DNA of 64,000 nt, taken from Balanoglossus misakiensis (taxonomy: Eukaryota; Animalia; Hemichordata). Both the position numbers and the translations under genes were made by a program. The notes below the pieces were generated by a model that saw nothing but the letters and a program-made list of their open reading frames with translations, ran no database searches and was not told where the DNA came from. The stretch's first letter is position 1. Every line of letters begins with the position of its first letter. Positions 15,001 through 26,900 of the stretch are shown one piece after another. The stretch lies in the NCBI GenBank assembly GCA_040954595.2, contig CM082591.2, positions 10,619,309-10,683,308 on the forward strand, given 5' to 3'.

Positions 15001-15524
15001 CGATCTACAGAGTCTAGTGGAAAACTTTCTTATGCGCATAGACCTATCATGTGTTCTGCGCATCACAACAGAATTTTGTAAACAAACGAGGCTGTGTTTG
15101 GAAGCAACCATGGAAACTTTAGAACTATCCGTCGATCTACAGAGTCTAGTGGAAAACTTTCTTATGCGCATAGACCTATCATGTGTTCTGCGCATCACAA
15201 CAGAATTTTGTAAACAAACGAGGCTGTGTTTGGAAGCAACCATGGAAACTTTAGAACTATCCGTCGATCTACAGAGTCTTGTGGAAAACTTTCTTATCCT
15301 CATAGACCTATCATGTGTTCTGCGCATCACAACAGAATTTTGTAAACAAACGAGGCTGTGTTTGGAAGCAACAATGGAAACTTTAGAACTATCCGTCGAT
15401 CTACAGAGTCTAGAGGAAAACTTTCTTATCCTCATAGACCTATCATGTGTTCTGCGCATCACAACAGAATTTTGTAAACAAACGAGGCTGTGTTTGGAAG
15501 CAACCATGGAAACTTTAGAACTAT
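1..15524. repeat. Left satellite domain: pure 132-bp monomers (~117 units) with HOR-like block duplications
   Basis: I saw no 78-bp units here. ACTTAAGAAC and GGAAAAATTTC variants are frequent. Variant patterns repeat at offsets 792 (5878/6670), 1320 (2974/4294), 3564 (9178/12742, 10498/14062) and 4224 (3370/7594, 3898/8122), all multiples of 132. Confidence 0.9.
8900..14990. repeat. 3564-bp (27-monomer) period block duplication
   Basis: Rare variants recur at exactly +3564: CATAATTTTGTAAATAA (~8997/12561), GGAATCAATCATGG (~9952/13516), AACTCTCCG (10371/13935) and AGTGTAAAAA (~10528/14092). Boundaries are approximate. Confidence 0.85.
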
Positions 15525-15526
15525 TT

Positions 15527-15790
15527 GCCTTAAATAATCTCGCTCCGAACTATATCCGCGATCTCATTCAGACATATTCTCCTGGTCGCAGGCTTCGTTC
15601 AGCTAATAAGAGCCTTTTATGCACTACAATGTACAAACGTTCTTCATACGGTGGCCGAGCATTCTCACATGCTGCACCGAAACTGTGGAACTCTCTGCCA
15701 CAAGACATTCGTCAAGCTCCAAGTTTGAGTATCTTTAAGAAAAGACTGAAGACGCATTATTTCGCAAGAGCATATGGTGTGGGCCAATGA
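15527..15790 (+). pseudogene. C-terminal fragment of LINE ORF2 (post-RT region), family A
   Basis: The reading frame is uninterrupted and aligns by eye with the C-terminus of the family B protein (LNN.AP.Y...L / R.LRS / YG.R.FS..AP.LWN.LP / FK..LKT). It has no start codon of its own; the upstream part of ORF 15017..15790 is satellite. Confidence 0.85.
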
Positions 15791-15795
15791 GCACA

Positions 15796-15835
15796 AGCGC
15801 CTTTGAGTATGACACTTGTTATAGATACTGGCGCT
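15796..15835 (+). other. LINE 3'UTR stem-loop (putative RT recognition signal), family A
   Basis: AGCGCC (15796-15801) pairs with GGCGCT (15830-15835), with an inner AGTAT/ATACT stem, just upstream of the tail. A 3' stem-loop plus short tandem tail is established for stringent L2 elements such as eel UnaL2. Confidence 0.75.
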
Positions 15836-18800
15836 ATACAAATTTCTCTGATTGATTGATTGATTGACTATCCGTCGATCTACAGAGTCTAGTGGAAAAC
15901 TTTCTTATGAGCATAGACCTATCATGTGTTCTGCGCATCACAACAGAATTTTGTAAACAAACGAGGCTGTGTTTGGAAGCAACCATGGAAACTTTAGAAC
16001 TATCAGTCGATCTACAGAGTCTAGTGGAAAACTTTCTTATCCTCATAGACCTATCATGTGTTTTGCAAATCACAACAGAATTCGGTAAATAAACGAGGGT
16101 GTGTTTGGAAGCAACCATGGAAACTTTAGAACTATCCGTCGATCGACAGAGTCTAGTGGAAAACTTTCTTATGCGCATAGACCTATCATGTGTTCTGCGC
16201 ATCACAACAGAATTTTGTAAACAAACGAGGCTGTGTTTAAAAGCAACCATGGAAACTTTAGAACTATCCGTCGATCTACAGAGTCTAGTGGAAAACATTC
16301 TTATGCGCATGGACCTATCATGTGTTCTGCGCATCACAACAGAATTTTGTAAACAAACGAGACTGTGTTTGGAAGCAACCATGGAAACTTTAGAACTATC
16401 CGTCGTTCTACAGAGTCTAGAGGAAAACTTTCTTATCCTCATAGGCCTATCATGTGTTCTGCGCATCTCAACAGAATTTTGTAAACAAACAAGGCTGTGT
16501 TTGGAAGAAACCATGGAAACTTAAGAACTATCCGTCGATCTACAGAGTCTAGTGGAAAACTTTCTTATCCTCATAGACCTATCATGTGTTCTGCGCATCA
16601 CAACAGAATTCGGTAAATAAACGAGGGTGTGTTTGGAAGCAACCATGGAAACTTTAGAACTATCCGTCGATCGACAGAGTCTAGTGGAAAACTTTCTTAT
16701 GCGCATAGACCTATCATGTGTTCTGCGCATCACAACAGAATTTTGTAAACAAACGAGGCTGTGTTTGGAAGCAACCATGGAAACTTTAGAACTATCCGTC
16801 GATCTACAGAGTCTAGTGGAAAACTTTCTTATCCTCATAGGCCTATCATGTGTTCTGCGCATCACAACAGAATTTTGTAAACAAACGAGGCTGTGTTTGG
16901 AAGCAACCATGGAAACTTTAGAACTATCCGTCGATCGACAGAGTCTGGTGGAAAACTTTCTTATACGCATAGACCTATCATGTGTTCTGCGCATCACAAC
17001 AGAATTTTGTAAACAAACGAGGCTGTGTTTGGAAGCAACCATGGAAACTTTAGAACTATCCGTCGATGGACAGAGTCTAGTGGAAAACTTTCTTATGCGC
17101 ATAGACCTATCATGTGTTCTGTGCACCAAAACAGAATTTTGTAAACAAACGAGGCTGTGTTTGGAGGCAACCATGGAAACTTTAGAACTATCCGTCGATC
17201 TACAGAGTCTAGTGGAAAACTTTCTTATGCGCATAGACCTATCATGTGTTCTGCGCATCACAACAGAATTTTGTAAACAAACGAGGTTGTGTTTGGAAGC
17301 AACCATGGAAACTTTAGAACTATCCGTCGTTCTACAGAGTCTAGAGGAAAACTTTCTTATCCTCATAGGCCTATCATGTGTTCTGCGCATCACAACAGAA
17401 TTTTGTAAACAAACGAGGCTGTGTTTGGAAGCAACCATGCGCATAGGCCTATCATGTGTTCTGCGCATCACAACAGAATTCGGTAAATAAACGAGGGTGT
17501 GTTTGGAAGCAACCATGGAAACTTTAGAACTATCCGTCGATCGACAGAGTCTAGTGGAAAACTTTCTTATGCGCATAGACCTATCATGTGTTCTGCGCAT
17601 CACAACAGAATTTTGTAAACAAACGAGGCTGTGTTTGGAAGCAACCATGGAAACTTTACAACTATCCGTCGTTCTACAGAGTCTAGAGGAAAACTTTCTG
17701 ATCCTCATAGGCCTATCATGTGTTCTGCGCATCACAACAGAATTTTGTAAACAAACGAGACTTTGTTTGGAAGCAACCATGCGCATAGACCTATCATGTG
17801 TTCTGCGCATCACAACATAATTTTTTAAACAAACGAGGCTGTGTTTGGAAGCAACCATGGAAACTTTAGAACTATCCGTCGATCTACAGAGTCTAGTGGA
17901 AAACTTTCTTATGCGCATAGACCTATCATGTGTTCTGCGCATCACAACAGAATTTTGTAAACAAACGAGGCTGTGTTTGGAAGCAACCATGGAAACTTTT
18001 GAACTATCCGTCGATCTACAGAGTCTAGTGGAAAACTTTCTTATGCGCATAGACCTATCATGTGTTCTGCGCATCACAACATAATTTTGTAAACAAACGA
18101 GGCTGTGTTTGGAAGCAACCATGGAAACTTTAGAACTATCCGTCGATCGACAGAGTCTGGTGGAAAACTTTCTTATGCGCATAGACCTATCATGTGTTCT
18201 GCGCATCACAACAGAATTTTGTAAACAAACGAGGCTGTGTTTGGAAGCAGCCATGGAAACTTTAGAACTATCCGTCGATGGACAGAGTCTAGTGGAAAAC
18301 TTTCTTATGCGCATAGACCTATCATGTGTTCTGCGCACCAAAACAGAATTTTGTAAACAAACGAGGCTGTGTTTGGAGGCAACCATGGAAACTTTAGAAC
18401 TATCCGTCGATCTACAGAGTCTAGTGGAAAACTTTCTTATGCGCATAGACCTATCATGTGTTCTGCGCATCACAACAGAATTTTGTAAACAAACGAGGCT
18501 GTGTTTGGAAGCAACCATGGAAACTTTAGAACTATCCGTCGTTCTACAGAGTCTAGAGGAAAACTTTCTTATCCTCATAGGCCTATCATGTGTTCTGCGC
18601 ATCACAACAGAATTTTGTAAACAAACGAGGCTGTGTTTGGAAGCAACCATGCGCATAGACCTATCATGTGTTCTGCGCATCACAACAGAATTTTGTAAAC
18701 AAACGAGGCTGTGTTTGGAAGCAACCATGGAAACTTTAGAACTATCCGTCGTTCTACAGAGTCTAGAGGAAAACTTTCTTATCCTCATAGGCCTATCATG

Positions 18801-21800
18801 TGTTCTGCGCATCACAACAGAATTTTGTAAACAAACGAGGCTGTGTTTGGAAGCAACCATGCGCATAGACCTATCATGTGTTCTGCGCATCACAACAGAA
18901 TTTTGTAAACAAACGAGGCTGTGTTTGGAAGCAACCATGGAAACTTTAGAACTATCCGTCGATGGACAGAGTCTAGTGGAAAACTTTCTTATGCGCATAG
19001 ACCTATCATGTGTTCTGTGCACCAAAACAGAATTTTGTAAACAAACGAGGCTGTGTTTGGAGGCAACCATGGAAACTTTAGAACTATCCGTCGATCTACA
19101 GAGTCTAGTGGAAAACTTTCTTATGCGCATAGACCTATCATGTGTTCTGCGCATCACAACAGAATTTTGTAAACAAACGAGGTTGTGTTTGGAAGCAACC
19201 ATGGAAACTTTAGAACTATCCGTCGTTCTACAGAGTCTAGAGGAAAACTTTCTTATCCTCATAGGCCTATCATGTGTTCTGCGCATCACAACAGAATTTT
19301 GTAAACAAACGAGGCTGTGTTTGGAAGCAACCATGCGCATAGGCCTATCATGTGTTCTGCGCATCACAACAGAATTCGGTAAATAAACGAGGGTGTGTTT
19401 GGAAGCAACCATGGAAACTTTAGAACTATCCGTCGATCGACAGAGTCTAGTGGAAAACTTTCTTATGCGCATAGACCTATCATGTGTTCTGCGCATCACA
19501 ACAGAATTTTGTAAACAAACGAGGCTGTGTTTGGAAGCAACCATGGAAACTTTAGAACTATCCGTCGATCGACAGAGTCTAGTGGAAAACTTTCTTATGC
19601 GCATAGACCTATCATGTGTTCTGCGCATCACAACAGAATTTTGTAAACAAACGAGGCTGTGTTTGGAAGCAACCATGGAAACTTTACAACTATCCGTCGT
19701 TCTACAGAGTCTAGAGGAAAACTTTCTGATCCTCATAGGCCTATCATGTGTTCTGCGCATCACAACAGAATTTTGTAAACAAACGAGGCTGTGTTTGGAA
19801 GCAACCATGCGCATAGACCTATCATGTGTTCTGCGCATCACAACATAATTTTGTAAACAAACGAGGCTGTGTTTGGAAGCAACCATGGAAACTTTAGAAC
19901 TATCCGTCGATCTACAGAGTCTAGTGGAAAACTTTCTTATGCGCATAGACCTATCATGTGTTCTGCGCATCACAACAGAATTTTGTAAACAAACGAGGCT
20001 GTGTTTGGAAGCAACCATGGAAACTTTTGAACTATCCGTCGATCTACAGAGTCTAGTGGAAAACTTTCTTATGCGCATAGACCTATCATGTGTTCTGCGC
20101 ATCACAACAGAATTTTGTAAACAAACGAGGCTGTGTTTGGAAGCAACCATGGAAACTTTAGAACTATCCGTCGATCGACAGAGTCTGGTGGAAAACTTTC
20201 TTATGCGCATAGACCTATCATGTGTTCTGCGCATCACAACAGAATTTTGTAAACAAACGAGGCTGTGTTTGGAAGCAACCATGGAAACTTTAGAACTATC
20301 CGTCGATGGACAGAGTCTAGTGGAAAACTTTCTTATGCGCATAGACCTATCATGTGTTCTGCGCACCAAAACAGAATTTTGTAAACAAACGAGGCTGTGT
20401 TTGGAGGCAACCATGGAAACTTTAGAACTATCCGTCGATCTACAGAGTCTAGTGGAAAACTTTCTTATGCGCATAGACCTATCATGTGTTCTGCGCATCA
20501 CAACAGAATTTTGTAAACAAACGAGGCTGTGTTTGGAAGCAACCATGGAAACTTTAGAACTATCCGTCGTTCTACAGAGTCTAGAGGAAAACTTTCTTAT
20601 CCTCATAGGCCTATCATGTGTTCTGCGCATCACAACAGAATTTTGTAAACAAACGAGGCTGTGTTTGGAAGCAACCATGCGCATAGACCTATCATGTGTT
20701 CTGCGCATCACAACAGAATTTTGTAAACAAACGAGGCTGTGTTTGGAAGCAACCATGGAAACTTTAGAACTATCCGTCGATCTACAGAGTCTAGTGGAAA
20801 ACTTTCTTATCCTCATAGGCATATCATGTGTTCTGCGCATCACAACAGAATTTTGTAAACAAACGAGGCTGTGTTTGGAAGCAACCATGGAAACTTTAGA
20901 ACTATCCGTCGATCGACAGAGTCTGGTGGAAAACTTTCTTATGCGCATAGACCTATCATGTGTTCTGCGCATCACAACAGAATTTTGTAAACAAACGAGG
21001 CTGTGTTTGGAAGCAACCATGGAAACTTTAGAACTATCCGTCGATGGACAGAGTCTAGTGGAAAACTTTCTTATGCGCATAGACCTATCATGTGTTCTGC
21101 GCACCAAAACAGAATTTTGTAAACAAACGAGGCTGTGTTTGGAGGCAACCATGGAAACTTTAGAACTATCCGTCGATCTACAGAGTCTAGTGGAAAACTT
21201 TCTTATGCGCATAGACCTATCATGTGTTCTGCGCATCACAACAGAATTTTGTAAACAAACGAGGCTGTGTTTGGAAGCAACCATGGAAACTTTAGAACTA
21301 TCCGTCGTTCTACAGAGTCTAGAGGAAAACTTTCTTATCCTCATAGGCCTATCATGTGTTCTGCGCATCACAACAGAATTTTGTAAACAAACGAGGCTGT
21401 GTTTGGAAGCAACCATGCGCATAGACCTATCATGTGTTCTGCGCATCACAACAGAATTTTGTAAACAAACGAGGCTGTGTTTGGAAGCAACCATGGAAAC
21501 TTTAGAACTATCCGTCGATCTACAGAGTCTAGTGGAAAACTTTCTTATCCTCATAGGCATATCATGTGTTCTGCGCATCACAACAGAATTTTGTAAACAA
21601 ACGAGGCTGTGTTTGGAAGCAACCATGGAAACTTTTGAACTATCCGTCGATCTACAGAGTCTAGTGGAAAACTTTCTTATGCGCATAGACCTATCATGTG
21701 TTCTGCGCATCACAACAGAATTTTGTAAACAAACGAGGCTGTGTTTGGAAGCAACCATGGAAACTTTAGAACTATCCGTCGATCGACAGAGTCTGGTGGA

Positions 21801-22619
21801 AAACGTTCTTATGCGCATAGACCTATCATGTGTTCTGCGCATCACAACAGAATTTTGTAAACAATCGAGGCTGTGTTTGGAAGCAACCATGGAAACTTTA
21901 GAACTATCCGTCGATGGACAGAGTCTAGTGGAAAACTTTCTTATGCGCATAGACCTATCATGTGTTCTGCGCACCAAAACAGAATTTTGTAAACAAACGA
22001 GGCTGTGTTTGGAGGCAACCATGGAAACTTTAGAACTATCCGTCGATCTACAGAGTCTAGTGGAAAACTTTCTTATGCGCATAGACCTATCATGTGTTCT
22101 GCGCATCACAACAGAATTTTGTAAACAAACGAGGCTGTGTTTGGAAGCAACCATGGAAACTTTAGAACTATCCGTCGTTCTACAGAGTCTAGAGGAAAAC
22201 TTTCTTATCCTCATAGGCCTATCATGTGTTCTGCGCATCACAACAGAATTTTGTAAACAAACGAGGCTGTGTTTGGAAGCAACCATGCGCATAGACCTAT
22301 CATGTGTTCTGCGCATCACAACAGAATTTTGTAAACAAACGAGGCTGTGTTTGGAAGCAACCATGGAAACTTTAGAACTATCCGTCGATCTACAGAGTCT
22401 AGTGGAAAACTTTCTTATGCGCATAGACCTATCATGTGTTCTGCGCATCACAACAGAATTTTGTAAACAAACGAGGCTGTGTTTGGAAGCAACCATGGAA
22501 ACTTTACAACTATCCGTCGATCTATAGAGTCCAGTGGAAAACTTTCTTATGCGCATAGACCTATCATGTGTTCTGCGCATCACAACAGAATTTTGTAAAC
22601 AAACGAGGCTGTGTTTGGA

Positions 22620-25600
22620 AGCAACCATGGACACTTTAGAACTATCCGTCATTCTGCAGAGTTTACAGGAAAACTTTCTTATCCTCATAGGCCTATCATG
22701 TGTTCTGCGCATCACAAAAGAATTTTGTAAACAAACGAGGCTGTGTTTGGAAGCAACCATGGAAACTTTAGAACTATCCGTCGATCTACAGAGTCTAGTG
22801 GAAAACTTTCTTATCCTCATAGACCTATCATGTGTTCTGCGCATCACAACAGAATTTTGTAAACAAACGAGGCTGTGTTTGGAAGCAACCATGGAAACTT
22901 TAGAACTATCCGTCGATCTACAGAGTCTATTGGAAAACTTTCTTATCCTCATAGACCTATCATGTGTTCTGCGCATCACAACAGAATTTTGTAAACAGAC
23001 GAGGCTGTGTTTGGAAGCAACCATGGAAATTTTAGAACTATCCGTCGATCTACAGAGTCTAGTGGAAAACTTTCTTATGTGCATAGGTCTATCATGTGTT
23101 CTGCGCATCACAACATAATTTTTTAAACAATCGAGGCTGTGTTTGGAAGCAACAATGGAAACTTTAGAACTATCCGTCGATCTACAGAGTCTAGTGAACA
23201 ACTTTCTTATGCGCATAGGCCTATCATGTGTTCTGCGCATCACAACAGAATTCGGTAAATAAACGAGGGTGTGTTTGGAAGCAACCATGGAAACTTTAGA
23301 ACTATCCGTCGATCGACAGAGTCTAGTGGAAAACTTTCTCATGCGCATAGACCTATCATGTGTTCTGCGCATCACAACAGAATTTTGTAAACAAACGAGG
23401 CTGTGTTTGGAAGCAACCATGCGCATAGACCTATCATGTGTTCTGCGCATCACAACAGAATTTTGTAAACAAACGAGGCTGTGTTTGGAAGCAACCATGG
23501 AAACTTTAGAACTATCCGTCGATCTACAGAGTCTAGTGGAAAACTTTCTTATCCTCATAGGCATATCATGTGTTCTGCGCATCACAACAGAATTTTGTAA
23601 ACAAACGAGGCTGTGTTTGGAAGCAACCATGCGCATAGACCTATCATGTGTTCTGCGCATCACAACATAATTTTGTAAACAAACGAGGCTGTGTTTGGAA
23701 GCAACCATGGACACTTTAGAACTATCCGTCATTCTGCAGAGTTTACAGGAAAACTTTCTTATCCTCATAGGCCTATCATGTGTTCTGCGCATCACAAAAG
23801 AATTTTGTAAACAAACGAGGCTGTGTTTGGAAGCAACCATGGAAACTTTAGAACTATCCGTCGATCTACAGAGTCTAGTGGAAAACTTTCTTATCCTCAT
23901 AGACCTATCATGTGTTCTGCGCATCACAACAGAATTTTGTAAACAAACGAGGCTGTGTTTGGAAGCAACCATGGAAAATTTAGAACTATCCGTCGATCTA
24001 CAGAGTCTATTGGAAAACTTTCTTATCCTCATAGACCTATCATGTGTTCTGCGCATCACAACAGAATTTTGTAAACAGACGAGGCTGTGTTTGGAAGCAA
24101 CCATGGAAATTTTAGAACTATCCGTCGATCTACAGAGTCTAGTGGAAAACTTTCTTATGTGCATAGGTCTATCATGTGTTCTGCGCATCACAACATAATT
24201 TTTTAAACAATCGAGGCTGTGTTTGGAAGCAACAATGGAAACTTTAGAACTATCCGTCGATCTACAGAGTCTAGTGAACAACTTTCTTATGCGCATAGGC
24301 CTATCATGTGTTCTGCGCATCACAACAGAATTCGGTAAATAAACGAGGGTGTGTTTGGAAGCAACCATGGAAACTTTAGAACTATCCGTCGATCGACAGA
24401 GTCTAGTGGAAAACTTTCTCATGCGCATAGACCTATCATGTGTTCTGCGCATCACAACAGAATTTTGTAAACAAACGAGGCTGTGTTTGGAAGCAACCAT
24501 GCGCATAGACCTATCATGTGTTCTGCGCATCACAACAGAATTTTGTAAACAAACGAGGCTGTGTTTGGAAGCAACCATGGAAACTTTAGAACTATCCGTC
24601 GATCTACAGAGTCTAGTGGAAAACTTTCTTATCCTCATAGGCATATCATGTGTTCTGCGCATCACAACAGAATTTTGTAAACAAACGAGGCTGTGTTTGG
24701 AAGCAACCATGCGCATAGACCTATCATGTGTTCTGCGCATCACAACATAATTTTGTAAACAAACGAGGCTGTGTTTGGAAGCAACCATGGACACTTTAGA
24801 ACTATCCGTCATTCTGCAGAGTTTACAGGAAAACTTTCTTATCCTCATAGGCCTATCATGTGTTCTGCGCATCACAAAAGAATTTTGTAAACAAACGAGG
24901 CTGTGTTTGGAAGCAACCATGGAAACTTTAGAACTATCCGTCGATCTACAGAGTCTAGTGGAAAACTTTCTTATCCTCATAGACCTATCATGTGTTCTGC
25001 GCATCACAACAGAATTTTGTAAACAAACGAGGCTGTGTTTGGAAGCAACCATGGAAACTTTAGAACTATCCGTCGATCTACAGAGTCTATTGGAAAACTT
25101 TCTTATCCTCATAGACCTATCATGTGTTCTGCGCATCACAACAGAATTTTGTAAACAGACGAGGCTGTGTTTGGAAGCAACCATGGAAATTTTAGAACTA
25201 TCCGTCGATCTACAGAGTCTAGTGGAAAACTTTCTTATGTGCATAGGTCTATCATGTGTTCTGCGCATCACAACATAATTTTTTAAACAATCGAGGCTGT
25301 GTTTGGAAGCAACAATGGAAACTTTAGAACTATCCGTCGATCTACAGAGTCTAGTGAACAACTTTCTTATGCGCATAGGCCTCTCATGTGTTCTGCGCAT
25401 CACAACAGAATTCGGTAAATAAACGAGGGTGTGTTTGGAAGCAACCATGGAAACTTTAGAACTATCCGTCGATCGACAGAGTCTAGTGGAAAACTTTCTC
25501 ATGCGCATAGACCTATCATGTGTTCTGCGCATCACAACAGAATTTTGTAAACAAACGAGGCTGTGTTTGGAAGCAACCATGGAAACTTTAGAACTATCGG

Positions 25601-26900
25601 TCGATCGACAGAGTCTAGTGGAAAACTTTCTTATGCGCATAGACCTATCATGTGTTCTGCGCATCACAACAGAATTTTGTAAACAAACGAGGCTGTGTTT
25701 GGAAGCAACCATGGAAACTTTACAACTATCCGTCGTTCTACAGAGTCTAGAGGAAAACTTTCTTATCCTCATAGGCCTATCATGTGTTCTGCGCATCACA
25801 ACAGAATTTTGTAAACAAACGAGGCTGTGTTTGGAAGCAACCATGCGCATAGACCTATCATGTGTTCTGCGCATCACAACAGAATTTTGTAAACAAACGA
25901 GGCTGTGTTTGGAAGCAACCATGGAAACTTTAGAACTATCCGTCGATCTACAGAGTCTAGTGGAAAACTTTCTTATCCTCAAAGGCATATCATGTGTTCT
26001 GCGCATCACAACAGAATTTTGTAAACAAACGAGGCTGTGTTTGGAAGCAACCATGCGCATAGACCTATCATGTGTTCTGCGCATCACAACATAATTTTGT
26101 AAACAAACGAGGCTGTGTTTGGAAGCAACCATGGACACTTTAGAACTATCCGTCATTCTGCAGAGTTTACAGGAAAACTTTCTTATCCTCATAGGCCTAT
26201 CATGTGTTCTGCGCATCACAAAAGAATTTTGTAAACAAACGAGGCTGTGTTTGGAAGCAACCATGGAAACTTTAGAACTATCCGTCGATCTACAGAGTCT
26301 AGTGGAAAACTTTCTTATCCTCATAGACCTATCATGTGTTCTGCGCATCACAACAGAATTTTGTAAACAAACGAGGCTGTGTTTGGAAGCAACCATGGAA
26401 ACTTTAGAACTATCCGTCGATCTACAGAGTCTATTGGAAAACTTTCTTATCCTCATAGACCTATCATGTGTTCTGCGCATCACAACAGAATTTTGTAAAC
26501 AGACGAGGCTGTGTTTGGAAGCAACCATGGAAATTTTAGAACTATCCGTCGATCTACAGAGTCTAGTGGAAAACTTTCTTATGTGCATAGGTCTATCATG
26601 TGTTCTGCGCATCACAACATAATTTTTTAAACAATCGAGGCTGTGTTTGGAAGCAACAATGGAAACTTTAGAACTATCCGTCGATCTACAGAGTCTAGTG
26701 AACAACTTTCTTATGCGCATAGGCCTATCATGTGTTCTGCGCATCACAACAGAATTCGGTAAATAAACGAGGGTGTGTTTGGAAGCAACCATGGAAACTT
26801 TAGAACTATCCGTCGATCGACAGAGTCTAGTGGAAAACTTTCTCATGCGGATAGACCTATCATGTGTTCTGCGCATCACAACAGAATTTTGTAAACAAAC
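22620..26900. repeat. HOR run with periods 1080, 1080 and 1344 bp
   Basis: ORF-track landmarks fall at 23269, 24349, 25429 and 26773, and marker ATGGACACT recurs at 22627, 23707, 24787 and 26131. 1080=7x132+2x78 and 1344=9x132+2x78. Confidence 0.85.

Larger units (their letters stand above)
15525..15866 (+). mobile_element. 5'-truncated non-LTR retrotransposon (L2/CR1 group), family A, 342 bp
   Basis: It encodes an ORF2 C-terminus (ALNNLAPNYIRDL...RRLRS...YGGRAFSHAAPKLWNSLPQDIR...FKKRLKTHYF, stop 15788-15790) typical of L2-clade LINEs. A short 3'UTR with a stem-loop and an (ATTG)4 tail (15851-15866) follow. The 5-bp TSD ACTAT lies at 15520-15524 and 15867-15871. Confidence 0.92.
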
